A stretch of 60,721 nucleotides of DNA from Chloroflexota bacterium (GTDB lineage: Bacteria > Chloroflexota > Limnocylindria > Limnocylindrales > CSP1-4), in assembly GCA_031431395.1 (NCBI GenBank), contig JANPDJ010000001.1, positions 1 to 60,721 on the forward strand, read 5' to 3'. Shown here one piece after another: positions 27,409-36,913 of this stretch; within the stretch, counting starts at the first letter, position 1; every line of letters starts with the position of its first letter. The translations under genes were made by a program, and so were the position numbers. Below the pieces are notes generated by a model. That model was not told where the DNA came from. It did not search any database and saw only the letters and a program-made list of their open reading frames with translations.

Positions 27409-27855
27409 CTAGCGGCGGCGGCGCTTTGGGCGGTTGGGCCGGGAGCTCTGCTTCGTCCGGATCGTGCTCTCGGGATGCGCGAACTTCAGGCGCGAGAAGT
27501 AGCGCTGGCGCGCGAGCTTGTGCTCATACGCCGCGAGGATGGGCGGGAAGCGGATGAACCGCGTCCACACGAAGACCCCAAGGACAATGGGCAGGGTCAG
27601 CACGACGAACAGAAAGTCGAACACGAAGAGCGCTTCCGTCAGCAGCAGCCCGAAGCCGATGACGCCCGTCCACAGGAGGTACTCGTACATGTCCAGGTAC
27701 GGCGGGTGGTTGCGAAGCTGCCGCGTGCGCACGTTGTAAAGGATCACGACGACGACGAGCAGGATCAGCGCGGCGATCCAGGTGGGATAGAACAGGTCGT
27801 GGAAATTGCGGCTGTTGAACGGAAGGAACAGGTATTCCCAGGGCAGCAGTTTCAC
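27409..27855 (-). CDS. Small membrane protein with basic C-terminal tail
   Basis: GTG start chosen inside ORF 27409..28089. Three hydrophobic helices (WIAALILLVVVVILY, LLWTGVIGFGLLL, FLFVVLTLPIVLGVFVW). Tail KQSSRPNRPKRRRR. Confidence 0.55.
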   Translation of the reverse strand: MKLLPWEYLFLPFNSRNFHDLFYPTWIAALILLVVVVILYNVRTRQLRNHPPYLDMYEYLLWTGVIGFGLLLTEALFVFDFLFVVLTLPIVLGVFVWTRFIRFPPILAAYEHKLARQRYFSRLKFAHPESTIRTKQSSRPNRPKRRRR

Positions 27856-27945
27856 GTGTCGCTCCGGTGGGTATCTGAAGTCCGGCACTGGCGGCCGGCA
27901 CGGTGGGGCGCAGACGGTCCCGCGCCCGCAGGGCCATCGCCTCCT

Positions 27946-27979
27946 CCCGAGTATGCCATGCGCCCGCGGTATACTCGGG
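27946..27979. repeat. Perfect 9-bp inverted repeat CCCGAGTAT-N16-ATACTCGGG in the divergent purH / membrane-protein intergenic region
   Basis: Read directly. The right arm overlaps a TATACT -10-like hexamer (27970-27975). Confidence 0.6.
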
Positions 27980-28111
27980 CGCAGGGAGACACCCCCGGTT
28001 TTGAACGACCGCGGGGCACGGACAGGATCGCAGCGAGCCCAGTGGCGCGCCTGGTGGCGCTCGACAAGGAACCGCCGCGGGTCGATCACCTTGGGACGGG
28101 AGGAAGCCCCG

Positions 28112-29659
28112 GTGCGAGCCCTTCTCTCGGTCGCGAACCGCGATGGGATCTCGGCACTGGCGCGCGATCTGCTGGCGCTCGGCGTCCAGATCTACGCGAC
28201 AGACGGGACGCGCGAACATCTCGCCGCCGACGGGGTCGACGTCGGCTCCGTCTCGACACTCACCCAGGTGCCGGCGCTGGTCGGCGGCCAGGTGAAGACC
28301 TTCCACCCCGCGGTCTACGCCGGGATCCTCGCGCGCCGGGACGACCCGGTCCAGCTCGCCGAGCTCGAGGACCAGGGCATCGGCCTCATCGATATCGTGG
28401 TCGTGAACGTGAAGGCGTTCTCGCCGGCGGTGGTCTCCGGCCAACTGCCCATCCAGGATGCGCTCGAGATCGTGGACGTGGGTGGCGTCGCTCTCCTCGG
28501 TGCCGCTGCACGAAATGCCGCCGGCGTCACCGCGGTGCCGTCTCCGCAGCACTACGCACGTCTGGCGCGCGAGCTGCAGGAACTGGGCACGGTTTCGATC
28601 GAGTTGCGCCAGCAGCTCGCCGCGGAGGCGTTCGGGCTGATCGCCGCCTACCACGCGGAGATCGCCGCCTACCTGCACCAGGCGTCCGGGAACATCTTCC
28701 CGCCGCGACTCGCCCTCGTACTGGAGAAGGTCCGCGACCTGCCCTACGGCGAGAACCCCCAGCAGCGGGCGGCGTTCTATCGCGAGACCACGCACCGGAG
28801 CGGGACGCTGGCGGACGCGAGCTACCTGCAGGGTGGCTCGTCCAGTTTCAACAACCTCCTGGACCTGGATGCGGCGTACCGGATCGCACGGGACTTCACC
28901 GCACCTACGGTCGCGATCGTCAAGCACACGGACCCCGTGGGACTTGCCTCTGACGACGAACTGGTGGAGGCCTACCGCCGGGCACTCGAGACCGATTCCG
29001 TGGCCTCGTTCGGCGGGATCGTGGGCGTGAACCGGCAGATGGACGGGGCGACAGCGCGGGAGATTGCGGCCAATTCCTACGAGGCTGTGGTGGCCCCCTC
29101 GTACAGCGACGCCGCGTTGGGCATCCTGCGCCAGAAATCGGGCCTGGAGATCCTCGCCGTCCCGCCGGATCCCACGGAAGGGCTGCGCGACTACGGCATC
29201 GCGACCCTGGATTTCCGGCGTGTCGCCGGCGGCCTGCTCGTCGAAACCCAGGACGAACTGGGCCTGGATCGCGGCCGCCTGCAGGTCGTCACGAAGCGCC
29301 GGCCCACGCTCGAAGAACTGACCGACCTCCTGTTCGCTTGGCGTGCGGTGCGGCACGTGCGCTCAAACGCGATCGTCCTCGCGAAGAACGCAGCGACCAT
29401 CGGCGTCGGCGCCGGGCAGGCCTCGCGCCAGGTCGCTGTGGAAATCGCCCTGCGACGTGCGGGTGACCGCGCCAAACTGGGCGTGATGGCCAGCGACGCC
29501 TACTTCCCGTTCCCGGATGGCATCCAGGCCGCGGCTCTTGCCGGCGTCACCGCCATCATCCAGCCCGGTGGGTCCACACGCGACCAGATGGCGATCGAGG
29601 TCGCCGATCGGCATCACCTGGCGATGGTCTTCACGGGCCGTCGCCACTTCCGCCAGTAG
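28112..29659 (+). CDS. purH: Bifunctional AICAR transformylase / IMP cyclohydrolase
   Basis: ALLSVANRDGI..YATDGT..LTQVPALVGGQVKTFHPAVYAGIL (MGS-like domain), then KHTDPVG and the IGVGAGQASR motif. GTG start with a GGGAGGAAG SD. Confidence 0.92.
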   Translation: MRALLSVANRDGISALARDLLALGVQIYATDGTREHLAADGVDVGSVSTLTQVPALVGGQVKTFHPAVYAGILARRDDPVQLAELEDQGIGLIDIVVVNVKAFSPAVVSGQLPIQDALEIVDVGGVALLGAAARNAAGVTAVPSPQHYARLARELQELGTVSIELRQQLAAEAFGLIAAYHAEIAAYLHQASGNIFPPRLALVLEKVRDLPYGENPQQRAAFYRETTHRSGTLADASYLQGGSSSFNNLLDLDAAYRIARDFTAPTVAIVKHTDPVGLASDDELVEAYRRALETDSVASFGGIVGVNRQMDGATAREIAANSYEAVVAPSYSDAALGILRQKSGLEILAVPPDPTEGLRDYGIATLDFRRVAGGLLVETQDELGLDRGRLQVVTKRRPTLEELTDLLFAWRAVRHVRSNAIVLAKNAATIGVGAGQASRQVAVEIALRRAGDRAKLGVMASDAYFPFPDGIQAAALAGVTAIIQPGGSTRDQMAIEVADRHHLAMVFTGRRHFRQ

Positions 29660-29682
29660 CAACCCCGCATCCGGAGGCGCCC

Positions 29683-30705
29683 GTGTCCCCCACCCAGCAG
29701 CCCGCGCCGCGCAACACCATGGAGAAGCTGCTCGCCCTCGAGATGGTCCGCGTGACCGAGGCGGCGGCAATCGCGTGCGCGCGCTACATGGGACGCGGCG
29801 ACCGCCACGAAGCCGACCGCGCTGCAACCGAGGCAATGCGCAAGGCGATGGACGAGCTGGACATCGCGGCGACGATCGTGATCGGCGAGGGCGAGCGCGA
29901 CGAGGCCCCCATGCTCTACATCGGCGAGCGCCTGGGCCGCCGCGGGAGCCGGGACGGCGCCGCTGCGCCCGAGGTGGACATCGCCGTGGATCCCCTCGAA
30001 GGCACCAACCTTGTAGCAACGGGCTCCGCCGACGCGATCACCGTGCTGGCCGCCTCGGAGAAGGGCGGTCTCCTGAACGCGCCGGACACCTACTTCGAGA
30101 AGTTGGCAGTGGGTCCCGTCGCGGCCGGCAAGGTGGACATCCGGCTGTCGCCCACGGAGAACCTGCACCGGATCGCCGAGGCCCTCGGACGCGGCGTGAA
30201 CGACATCACGGTGATCATCCTGGACCGGCCGCGCCACGAAGACCTCATCCGCGAAGTGCGGGAGGCCGGGGCCCGGATCAAGCTCATCACGGACGGTGAC
30301 GTCATCGCCGCCATTTCGTGCGCGGTCTCGGGCACGGGCGTCCATGCGGTCATGGGCACGGGCGGGGCGCCGGAGGGTGTCCTGGCGGCCGCGGCGCTGC
30401 GCTGCCTGGGCGGCGAGATCCAGACGCGGTTCAAGTTCCGGAACGAATCGGAGCGGCAGCGCGCCCGGGCCATGGGCCACACGGACGAATCGCACGTCTT
30501 CACGACGGAGGAACTGGCGTCCGGCCAGGACCTTGTCTTCGCGGCCACCGGCGTCACGGACGGCCAGCTGCTGAAGGGCGTCCGGTACTTCGGCGGCGGC
30601 GCTCGCACGCACTCCATCGTGATGGCGTACAGCACCAAGCAGATCCGGTTCGTCGATACGGTCCACATGTTCGACCGGAACCGCCCGCCGTCGGTCCGGA
30701 TCTAG
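29683..30705 (+). CDS. glpX: Class II fructose-1,6-bisphosphatase (GlpX)
   Basis: LEMVRVTEAAAIA, GEGERDEAPMLYIGE, DPLEGTN and GTGGAPEGV. The alternative ATG at 29719 is also possible. Confidence 0.9.
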   Translation: MSPTQQPAPRNTMEKLLALEMVRVTEAAAIACARYMGRGDRHEADRAATEAMRKAMDELDIAATIVIGEGERDEAPMLYIGERLGRRGSRDGAAAPEVDIAVDPLEGTNLVATGSADAITVLAASEKGGLLNAPDTYFEKLAVGPVAAGKVDIRLSPTENLHRIAEALGRGVNDITVIILDRPRHEDLIREVREAGARIKLITDGDVIAAISCAVSGTGVHAVMGTGGAPEGVLAAAALRCLGGEIQTRFKFRNESERQRARAMGHTDESHVFTTEELASGQDLVFAATGVTDGQLLKGVRYFGGGARTHSIVMAYSTKQIRFVDTVHMFDRNRPPSVRI

Positions 30706-31394
30706 GGTCGCGCCCGCCCGGGCCCGGGCCCCGGCCCGTCGGGAGCCCATTCGCCGGTATCGGCGTCCCATCGTCCGATCGCCCGCACGGCATCCGCCGG
30801 CTCCGCCCGAGCCCGGCGATCGCGCGCCTGCACAACCGTCTCGTCCCAGCCGGGAGGCTCCTGGTCCGGTGCGACATCGGCCCACGGCGCGAGGACGAAC
30901 AGGCGCTGCCGCGCCGACTCGTGCGGCACGATCAGCAGGGCACCGCCCGCGACCGCGGATCTCGTGGACATGCCCCGGGGCGGTCGCGGGACTGCGACCG
31001 CGTGTGTCCCGTACGCCTCCAGGTCGAGGTCGATCTCTCGCGGGCCCCATCGTCCGCGCCGGCGCCGCCCGAAACGCCGCTCGATACCTTTCAGCGCCAC
31101 GAGGAGGGCCACCGCGCCCGCTTCCGGGTCCGGCCCGGCAGGCAGGTCCACGAGGGCGACGGCATTGCAGAACTCGGGCTGGTCCGTGACGCCAACGGGA
31201 ACCGTGGCATAGAGACGCGACACGGCGACCACGGTCGCTCCGGGCAGGGCCCCCAGGGCATGGATCGCACGCGCGATGGTCCCCGGCGCATCACCGACGT
31301 TCGCCCCCAACCCGATGACCGCCCGAACCTGCTCGCCCACTGCTCCCTCATGTTCGCCTGATGTGCCGATCATGGCCTGCGACGAGCCCATCAT
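30702..31394 (-). CDS. folK: 2-amino-4-hydroxy-6-hydroxymethyldihydropteridine diphosphokinase (HPPK)
   Basis: AVIGLGANVGD, VSRLYATVPVG..DQPEFCNAV, WGPREIDLDL, LIVPH...RLFVLAPW. Confidence 0.85.
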   Translation of the reverse strand: MMGSSQAMIGTSGEHEGAVGEQVRAVIGLGANVGDAPGTIARAIHALGALPGATVVAVSRLYATVPVGVTDQPEFCNAVALVDLPAGPDPEAGAVALLVALKGIERRFGRRRRGRWGPREIDLDLEAYGTHAVAVPRPPRGMSTRSAVAGGALLIVPHESARQRLFVLAPWADVAPDQEPPGWDETVVQARDRRARAEPADAVRAIGRWDADTGEWAPDGPGPGPGRARP

Positions 31395-31483
31395 CGCCCC
31401 GGCGGCTGCCTCGCGCTCGAATCCGACCGTGATGAGCGGCGGCGGCGCACGTGCGAATTCGCGCGGGGCGTGAGAATGGCGCG

Positions 31484-32638
31484 ATGCGGCCCGTCGTGAC
31501 CCTCATCCTGGTTCCACCGCGTTCGGCGCCCGAACACACGCCGGCCGCCTGGCTCGAGTCGGCACGCGAGGCGGGCGCAGAGCGGCACCGCGCGGCGTTC
31601 AGCCGACTCGGGACGGACGCCCGCGTGGTCCGTGAGCCGCCGGACGGACGCCCGTTCGGGCGGCGACTCCGGGAGTTGGTCGCCCCGATCGCTGCCTCCG
31701 CAGCGCAGCGCCGGGTTGGCCTGATCCTGGTGAGCGGAGGAGCGCTGCCCCTGGCCGACCCCGCGGATCTCGAGGCCTTCGTCGCGACCGCGCGTGCGAC
31801 TGCACGACGGGCGTGCACCAACAGCTTCTACTCGGCCGACGCGATCGCCGTTTCGGACGCGCGCCTCCTCCTCGCCATGCCGGACCTGCCATCCGACAAC
31901 GCCCTGCCACGCTGGCTTGCAGAGGTCGCCGGCATCCCCGTCGCCGGCCTCCGCCACCGGCCCCGGCTGGAGTTCGACATCGACTCGCCGATCGACCTGC
32001 TCCTGCTCGCCCGCGACCAGGGCTGCCCGGCCGAATTCGCGACCCTTGCCGCGGAGATCGCGGCTGCCAACCAGCGGGCTGTCGCCGCGCTCCGGGGAGT
32101 GGCGGCGACCCTCGGCAACCGCCGGGCGGAGGTCGTCGTCTCGGGTCGCACGTCGTCGCGCGCGCTCGCATGGCTGGAGAGCCATGCCAGCTGCCGGGTT
32201 CGCGCTCTCATCGAGGAGCGGGGGCTGAAGGCGAGCACTTCGCTCGCCTTCAGCGGCGACGCCGCGCAGGACCCGACCGACGGTCGCCGGCGTCCGCCGC
32301 GATCCGCGCTGGGCCTGATCCTGGATGCGCGCGGACCGGGTGCCCTGGGCGCAGTCCTAGCTGAGTTGGGCGATGCTGCGGTCATTGACACGCGGGTCCT
32401 GCTGGCCCACCGGCTGGGAGCCGGGGAAGCACGCTGGCCCTCGCTCGCCGACCGCCTGGCGTCCGACCTGCTCCTGCCGGAGGAGATCGCGGACGGCTGG
32501 CTCCGAGAACTCACCCTGGCGGCCCTGGAGGCGCCCATCCCGGTGCTCCTCGGCGGGCACACCCTCGTGGGACCGGGTCTGCCGCTGATCGCAGGCCACG
32601 CCGCCACCTCCGCCCTCGACGCCGCGGACAGAGGCTGA
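31484..32638 (+). CDS. Hypothetical protein; stop overlaps the MidA start (TGATG)
   Basis: Ala/Arg-rich but non-repetitive ORF (LILVSGGALPLADPADLEAFV, NSFYSADAIAVSD). I recognise no family. Start uncertain (ORF begins at 31451). Confidence 0.5.
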   Translation: MRPVVTLILVPPRSAPEHTPAAWLESAREAGAERHRAAFSRLGTDARVVREPPDGRPFGRRLRELVAPIAASAAQRRVGLILVSGGALPLADPADLEAFVATARATARRACTNSFYSADAIAVSDARLLLAMPDLPSDNALPRWLAEVAGIPVAGLRHRPRLEFDIDSPIDLLLLARDQGCPAEFATLAAEIAAANQRAVAALRGVAATLGNRRAEVVVSGRTSSRALAWLESHASCRVRALIEERGLKASTSLAFSGDAAQDPTDGRRRPPRSALGLILDARGPGALGAVLAELGDAAVIDTRVLLAHRLGAGEARWPSLADRLASDLLLPEEIADGWLRELTLAALEAPIPVLLGGHTLVGPGLPLIAGHAATSALDAADRG

Positions 32639-33834
32639 TGGACGGTGGCCTGCGCCGCGATCCGAGGCCGGGTGGCCCGACGCTCCATTCGGATCCGGAC
32701 GTGGTCGCGCTGATCCGGGACGAGATCGCCCGCACTGGCCCGATCACGTTCGCCCGCTTCATGGATCTCGCGCTGTACGCACCGGCCCTGGGCTACTACA
32801 CCTCGCCGCCGACGAGAATCGGGCGGCGAGGCGACTTCCTCACGGCACCCGAAACGCACCCGATCTTCGGCGCAGCGCTCGCCCGGCAGGTCGCCGACGC
32901 CTGGCATCGACTCGGCAGACCGCCGGAGTTCACGGTCCGCGAATACGGGGCTGGTCGGGGCGCTCTCGCCGAGGCGATCATCCGGACCCTCGCGGCCGAC
33001 GAACCGGAACTGGCCCACGCTCTGCGGTACGAGGCCGTGGAGATCAATCCCCATCGCCGGGACGAACTCGTCCGACGCCTCGCCGATGCGCTGCCGGGTG
33101 CGGCCTTCTCAGCCCTTGGTCCCGCGACGGCAGCCGGATCGGCACCGGCGCCCGCCGGGCTCGTCCTCGCAAACGAGTTTCTCGATGCGTTCCCGGTCCA
33201 TCGCGTGGAGCAGACGGCTGGCGGCCTGCGCGAGCTCTACGTGGACTGGCGGGACGAGGCCCTCGTCGACGTGCCGGGGCCGGCCTCGACGCCCCTCCTG
33301 GCCGAGCGGCTGGAAGCCGAAGGGATCCGGTTGGAAGCAGGGCAGCGGGCCGAGATCGCCCTGGGCCTGGACGGCTGGCTGGCCGAGGTGGCCCGCTGGC
33401 TCCGGCGCGGCTTCGTCATCGTCATCGACTACGGCTACCCGGCGGACGACCTGTACGCGCGCCGGCGGCGCGCCGGCACCCTCATGGGCTACGTGGATCA
33501 CCACCCCGTGGACGATCCGCTTGTCGCTGTGGGCCGCCAGGACCTGACAACCCACGTGGACTTCACTGCCGTCGAGCGCGCCGCGACGGCAGCGGGGCTC
33601 ACGACCATCGGGTCCACGACGCAGGCCTCGTTCCTCGTCTCGCTCGGGCTCGAGGACCTGCTGGAGCGGGCCCGGTCAAGCCCGGACCTGCGGCTGGAGG
33701 AATACCTCGAACTGCGGTCGGGCATCGTGCGCCTGCTCGATCCGCGTCACACGGGTGGATTTCGCGTGCTGGTACTGGGCCACGACGCGGACGCCGGGCA
33801 GCCGCTGCTGGGCTTGCACCGAGTTTCGCGGTGA
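32638..33834 (+). CDS. MidA/NDUFAF7-family (DUF185) SAM-dependent methyltransferase
   Basis: ITFARFMDLALYAPALGYY, GDFLTAPETHPIFG, EYGAGRGALA and ANEFLDAFPVHRV are hallmark MidA motifs. Confidence 0.85.
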   Translation: MDGGLRRDPRPGGPTLHSDPDVVALIRDEIARTGPITFARFMDLALYAPALGYYTSPPTRIGRRGDFLTAPETHPIFGAALARQVADAWHRLGRPPEFTVREYGAGRGALAEAIIRTLAADEPELAHALRYEAVEINPHRRDELVRRLADALPGAAFSALGPATAAGSAPAPAGLVLANEFLDAFPVHRVEQTAGGLRELYVDWRDEALVDVPGPASTPLLAERLEAEGIRLEAGQRAEIALGLDGWLAEVARWLRRGFVIVIDYGYPADDLYARRRRAGTLMGYVDHHPVDDPLVAVGRQDLTTHVDFTAVERAATAAGLTTIGSTTQASFLVSLGLEDLLERARSSPDLRLEEYLELRSGIVRLLDPRHTGGFRVLVLGHDADAGQPLLGLHRVSR

Positions 33835-33967
33835 CGCGCTGCTAGAATTGCGGCACGCGCAGGCCCTGCGTGGCCCGGTTTCACCTGCCCGCATGCAGGC
33901 CTCCGGACAGGCCGGGTCGGAGCGGCACCTCTTCTCGTGACTGCGCGCAACGTGTCGTGAGGATCGC

Positions 33968-34324
33968 GTGACCGGGATCTGGTACATCCTTGGGTTTGCC
34001 TTCGCCGGCCTGTCGTTCGTGTTCCTCACGATCGGCGCGGCATGGCTGATCTCCCATCGGAATCGCGGCGATGTCCACAAGGGCCTGCCGTACGAGAGCG
34101 GGATCGACACGTACGGCGATCCCCACGGGCGGTTCGGCCTGTCCTTCTACATCTATGCGTTGCTGTTCGTCGCGTTCGACATCGAGGTGATCTTCATCTA
34201 CCTCTGGGCGATCGTGTTCCGCGACCTCCTGATGAGCGGCTTCGTGAGCATGCTGATCTTCGTCGCCATCCTCCTGCTCGGCCTCGCCTACGCCTGGCGA
34301 AAGGGCGTCCTCACATGGCGCTGA
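33968..34324 (+). CDS. nuoA: NADH-quinone oxidoreductase subunit A
   Basis: 118 aa, 3 TM helices. [28 protein letters not shown]. Confidence 0.92.
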   Translation: MTGIWYILGFAFAGLSFVFLTIGAAWLISHRNRGDVHKGLPYESGIDTYGDPHGRFGLSFYIYALLFVAFDIEVIFIYLWAIVFRDLLMSGFVSMLIFVAILLLGLAYAWRKGVLTWR

Positions 34325-35088
34325 GCGGTCCGGGGGAAGGTGCCACGGGTGATTCGGGCGGGACTCCAGAGAGCGGCGGCGGCATGACGGCCCGTGAGTC
34401 GAGCCGATCCTCCAGCCTGCCGGCCGTCATCGAGACGGGCGACTCGGCCGTCATGGAACCCATCGTGGTCCCGAACACCCTCTGGCAGTCCACCAATCCG
34501 GCCGCGTACAGCGGCGGCACGCCCACCGACATCACGCACCTCCGCGAGCTTGGGCTCACGGAGGCCATGCGCCACAACGATGCCCGCTGGGGCGCCCTCG
34601 AGGTGATCCCCACCAAGGCGGACTACGTCCTGGACCTTCTCCGCGCAAACAGCCTGTGGCCGCTCTTGTCGGGCCTGGCCTGCTGCGCCATCGAGATGAT
34701 GTCGGCGGCCACCAGCAAGAACGACATGGACCGCTGGGGCATGTTCCCGTTCCGCGCCAGCCCGCGCCAGGCGGACGTGCTGATCGTCGCCGGGACGCTC
34801 ACCACCAAGATGGCCGGGCCGCTTGTGCGGCTCTGGGAGCAGATGCCAGAGCCAAAGTGGTGCGTGGCCATGGGCGATTGCACGATCTCCGGCGGCCGGT
34901 ACAAGCGGTCCTACTCCACGGTGGAAGGCATCGACCGCGTGATGCCCGTGGACGTCTATGTCCCCGGCTGCCCGCCCCGCCCGGAGGGCCTCATCTACGG
35001 GATGATGCGGCTCCAGCAGTTGATCAAAGACCGCCGGGGTCACTGGCCCGAGCGGGCGGTCGGCCCAACCGTTCCGGATCGTGTCTAG
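34315..35088 (+). CDS. nuoB: NADH-quinone oxidoreductase subunit B (N2 cluster) with a long N-terminal extension
   Basis: [43 protein letters not shown]. Start uncertain; ATG at 34315 overlaps the nuoA end. Confidence 0.88.
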   Translation: MALSGPGEGATGDSGGTPESGGGMTARESSRSSSLPAVIETGDSAVMEPIVVPNTLWQSTNPAAYSGGTPTDITHLRELGLTEAMRHNDARWGALEVIPTKADYVLDLLRANSLWPLLSGLACCAIEMMSAATSKNDMDRWGMFPFRASPRQADVLIVAGTLTTKMAGPLVRLWEQMPEPKWCVAMGDCTISGGRYKRSYSTVEGIDRVMPVDVYVPGCPPRPEGLIYGMMRLQQLIKDRRGHWPERAVGPTVPDRV

Positions 35089-35097
35089 GCCAGCCTG

Positions 35098-35649
35098 ATG
35101 GATCGTGCGCTCAAGCTGCGCCTGGAAGCGCGCTTCACGGATCGGCTGACCGGGCCGGTGCGCCAGCGCCATGACGCGACGGAGATCCGTATCGGGGCCG
35201 GCGACGTGCCGGACACGCTGCGCACCCTCCACGACGACCCGTCGTTCCGGTTCGAGTTCCTGTCGGACCTGGCCGGCGTCGACACGGGGCTCGTCATGCA
35301 GGTCGTGTACCACCTGTGGAGCGAGACCACCTCGGACTGGCTGAGGGTCATCGCGGACGGGCTGTCGCGCGAGGATCCGCGCGTCCCTTCCATCACGTTC
35401 CTCTGGCAGGGCGCGGAGTGGATGGAACGCGAGGCCTACGACATGTTCGGCATCACGTTCGAGGGGAACCGGGACCTGCGGCGGATCTACATGCCCCCGG
35501 ACTACACGAGTTTCCCTCTCCGCAAGGACTTCTTCCTGGCCGACGATGCCGCCCGCTCGCCGGGCGCCGGCGTGCGCCACCAGGAGCAGACCCACACGCC
35601 CCGCAACGCGCCCCCGGGACGCGCCATCCGCGTGGCTAAGGAGGCCTGA
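35098..35649 (+). CDS. nuoC: NADH-quinone oxidoreductase subunit C
   Basis: FEFLSDLAGVD, PSITFLWQGAEWMEREAYDMFGITFEGN.DLRRI. Confidence 0.9.
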   Translation: MDRALKLRLEARFTDRLTGPVRQRHDATEIRIGAGDVPDTLRTLHDDPSFRFEFLSDLAGVDTGLVMQVVYHLWSETTSDWLRVIADGLSREDPRVPSITFLWQGAEWMEREAYDMFGITFEGNRDLRRIYMPPDYTSFPLRKDFFLADDAARSPGAGVRHQEQTHTPRNAPPGRAIRVAKEA

Positions 35650-36882
35650 GTGACCGCTCAACCAGGCTCCGGGACCCGCCGCGCATCCAGCGACGATCCG
35701 CGCGTGATGCTCGACATCGACGCCGGGGCGTACGAGCCGGTGCCGCCGTACCCGCCCCGCACGGAGCGTGAAGCCGAGTTCTACACGCTCGCCGACGGCG
35801 AGATGTTCGTGAACATGGGCCCGCAGCACCCCTCCACGCACGGCGTTCTGCGGGTCGTGCTGAAGCTCCGCGGCGAGCAGGTCGTGGACCTGGACCCCGT
35901 CCTCGGCTACCTCCATCGCGGCGTGGAGAAACTGGCGGAGAACGCGGACTACCACCACACCATCGCCTACATGGACCCGCTCGAGTACATCTCCTCGCTG
36001 TTCTGCGAGTGGCCGGCAGTGATGGCCTTCGAGAAGCTGCTCGACGTGGAGGTGCCCCGTCGCGCGGAGTACATCCGTGTCCTGTCCACGGAGCTGAACC
36101 GGGTCGCCAGCCATGCCCTGTTCATGGGCTGGTTCGCGCTTGACCTGGGCGGCCTGACGCCGGTCCTCTGGAGCTTCATCGAACGCGACGAGATCGTGGA
36201 GATGCTGGGCGCGCTGACCGGGGCGCGGATGCTCTTCAACTACATGCGGATCGGCGGCGTCAACGGAGATCTGAACCACGAGTTCATGAGCCGCCTGGGA
36301 GCGTGGATGAGCCGCGCCGGCACGCATATCGACTCGAACACGAAGCTGCTCAACGAGAACGAGATCTTCGTCCGCCGCTCGCGAGGTCTCGGTGTCGTGG
36401 ACCGCGAGACGGCGGTCCGGATGTGCATGACGGGACCCAACCTGCGCGCAACGGGCGTGCCATTCGACGTCCGCCGCGCACACCCCTACAGCGTGTTTCC
36501 GGAGCTGGACTTCGACATCCCCACACGGACGGAGGGCGATTCGCTCGCACGCTACCTCCTCCGCGTGGACGAGATCAAGCAGAGCCTGCGAATCATCGAC
36601 CAGTGCCTCCACCAGATGCCTGACGGCCCGATCATGGCGAAACTGCCGCGCAGGCTGACACCCCGACCCGGCCGTGCCTACGCTGCCGTGGAGAGCCCCC
36701 GGGGGCAGTACGCCGTGTACGCGATGAGCGACGGCACGGACCAGCCGTTCCGGCTGCGCATCCACGATCCCTCGTTCGTCCATCTCCAGAGCGTCGGCCT
36801 CCTGATGCCGGGCAATCTCGTCGCGGACACGATGGCGATCATGGCCTCGCTGGACCCGGTCATGGGGGGCGTGGACAAGTGA
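35650..36882 (+). CDS. nuoD: NADH-quinone oxidoreductase subunit D
   Basis: NMGPQHPSTHGVLRVVL, GYLHRGVEKL, YMRIGGV, ESPRGQYAVY, DPVMGGVDK. Confidence 0.95.
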   Translation: MTAQPGSGTRRASSDDPRVMLDIDAGAYEPVPPYPPRTEREAEFYTLADGEMFVNMGPQHPSTHGVLRVVLKLRGEQVVDLDPVLGYLHRGVEKLAENADYHHTIAYMDPLEYISSLFCEWPAVMAFEKLLDVEVPRRAEYIRVLSTELNRVASHALFMGWFALDLGGLTPVLWSFIERDEIVEMLGALTGARMLFNYMRIGGVNGDLNHEFMSRLGAWMSRAGTHIDSNTKLLNENEIFVRRSRGLGVVDRETAVRMCMTGPNLRATGVPFDVRRAHPYSVFPELDFDIPTRTEGDSLARYLLRVDEIKQSLRIIDQCLHQMPDGPIMAKLPRRLTPRPGRAYAAVESPRGQYAVYAMSDGTDQPFRLRIHDPSFVHLQSVGLLMPGNLVADTMAIMASLDPVMGGVDK

Positions 36883-36913
36883 TCGCGCGACGTTCCGGCC
36901 GGAGCCGGGCTCG

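Noticed and set aside
28030-28090. ZTP (pfl) riboswitch upstream of purH
   Set aside because: There are only weak partial matches: AGTGGCG versus GACUGGCG, and CCGCCGCGGGTC versus CCGCCUGGGC with an insertion in the invariant core. I could not build convincing P1/P2/P3 pairing. A cmscan would settle it.
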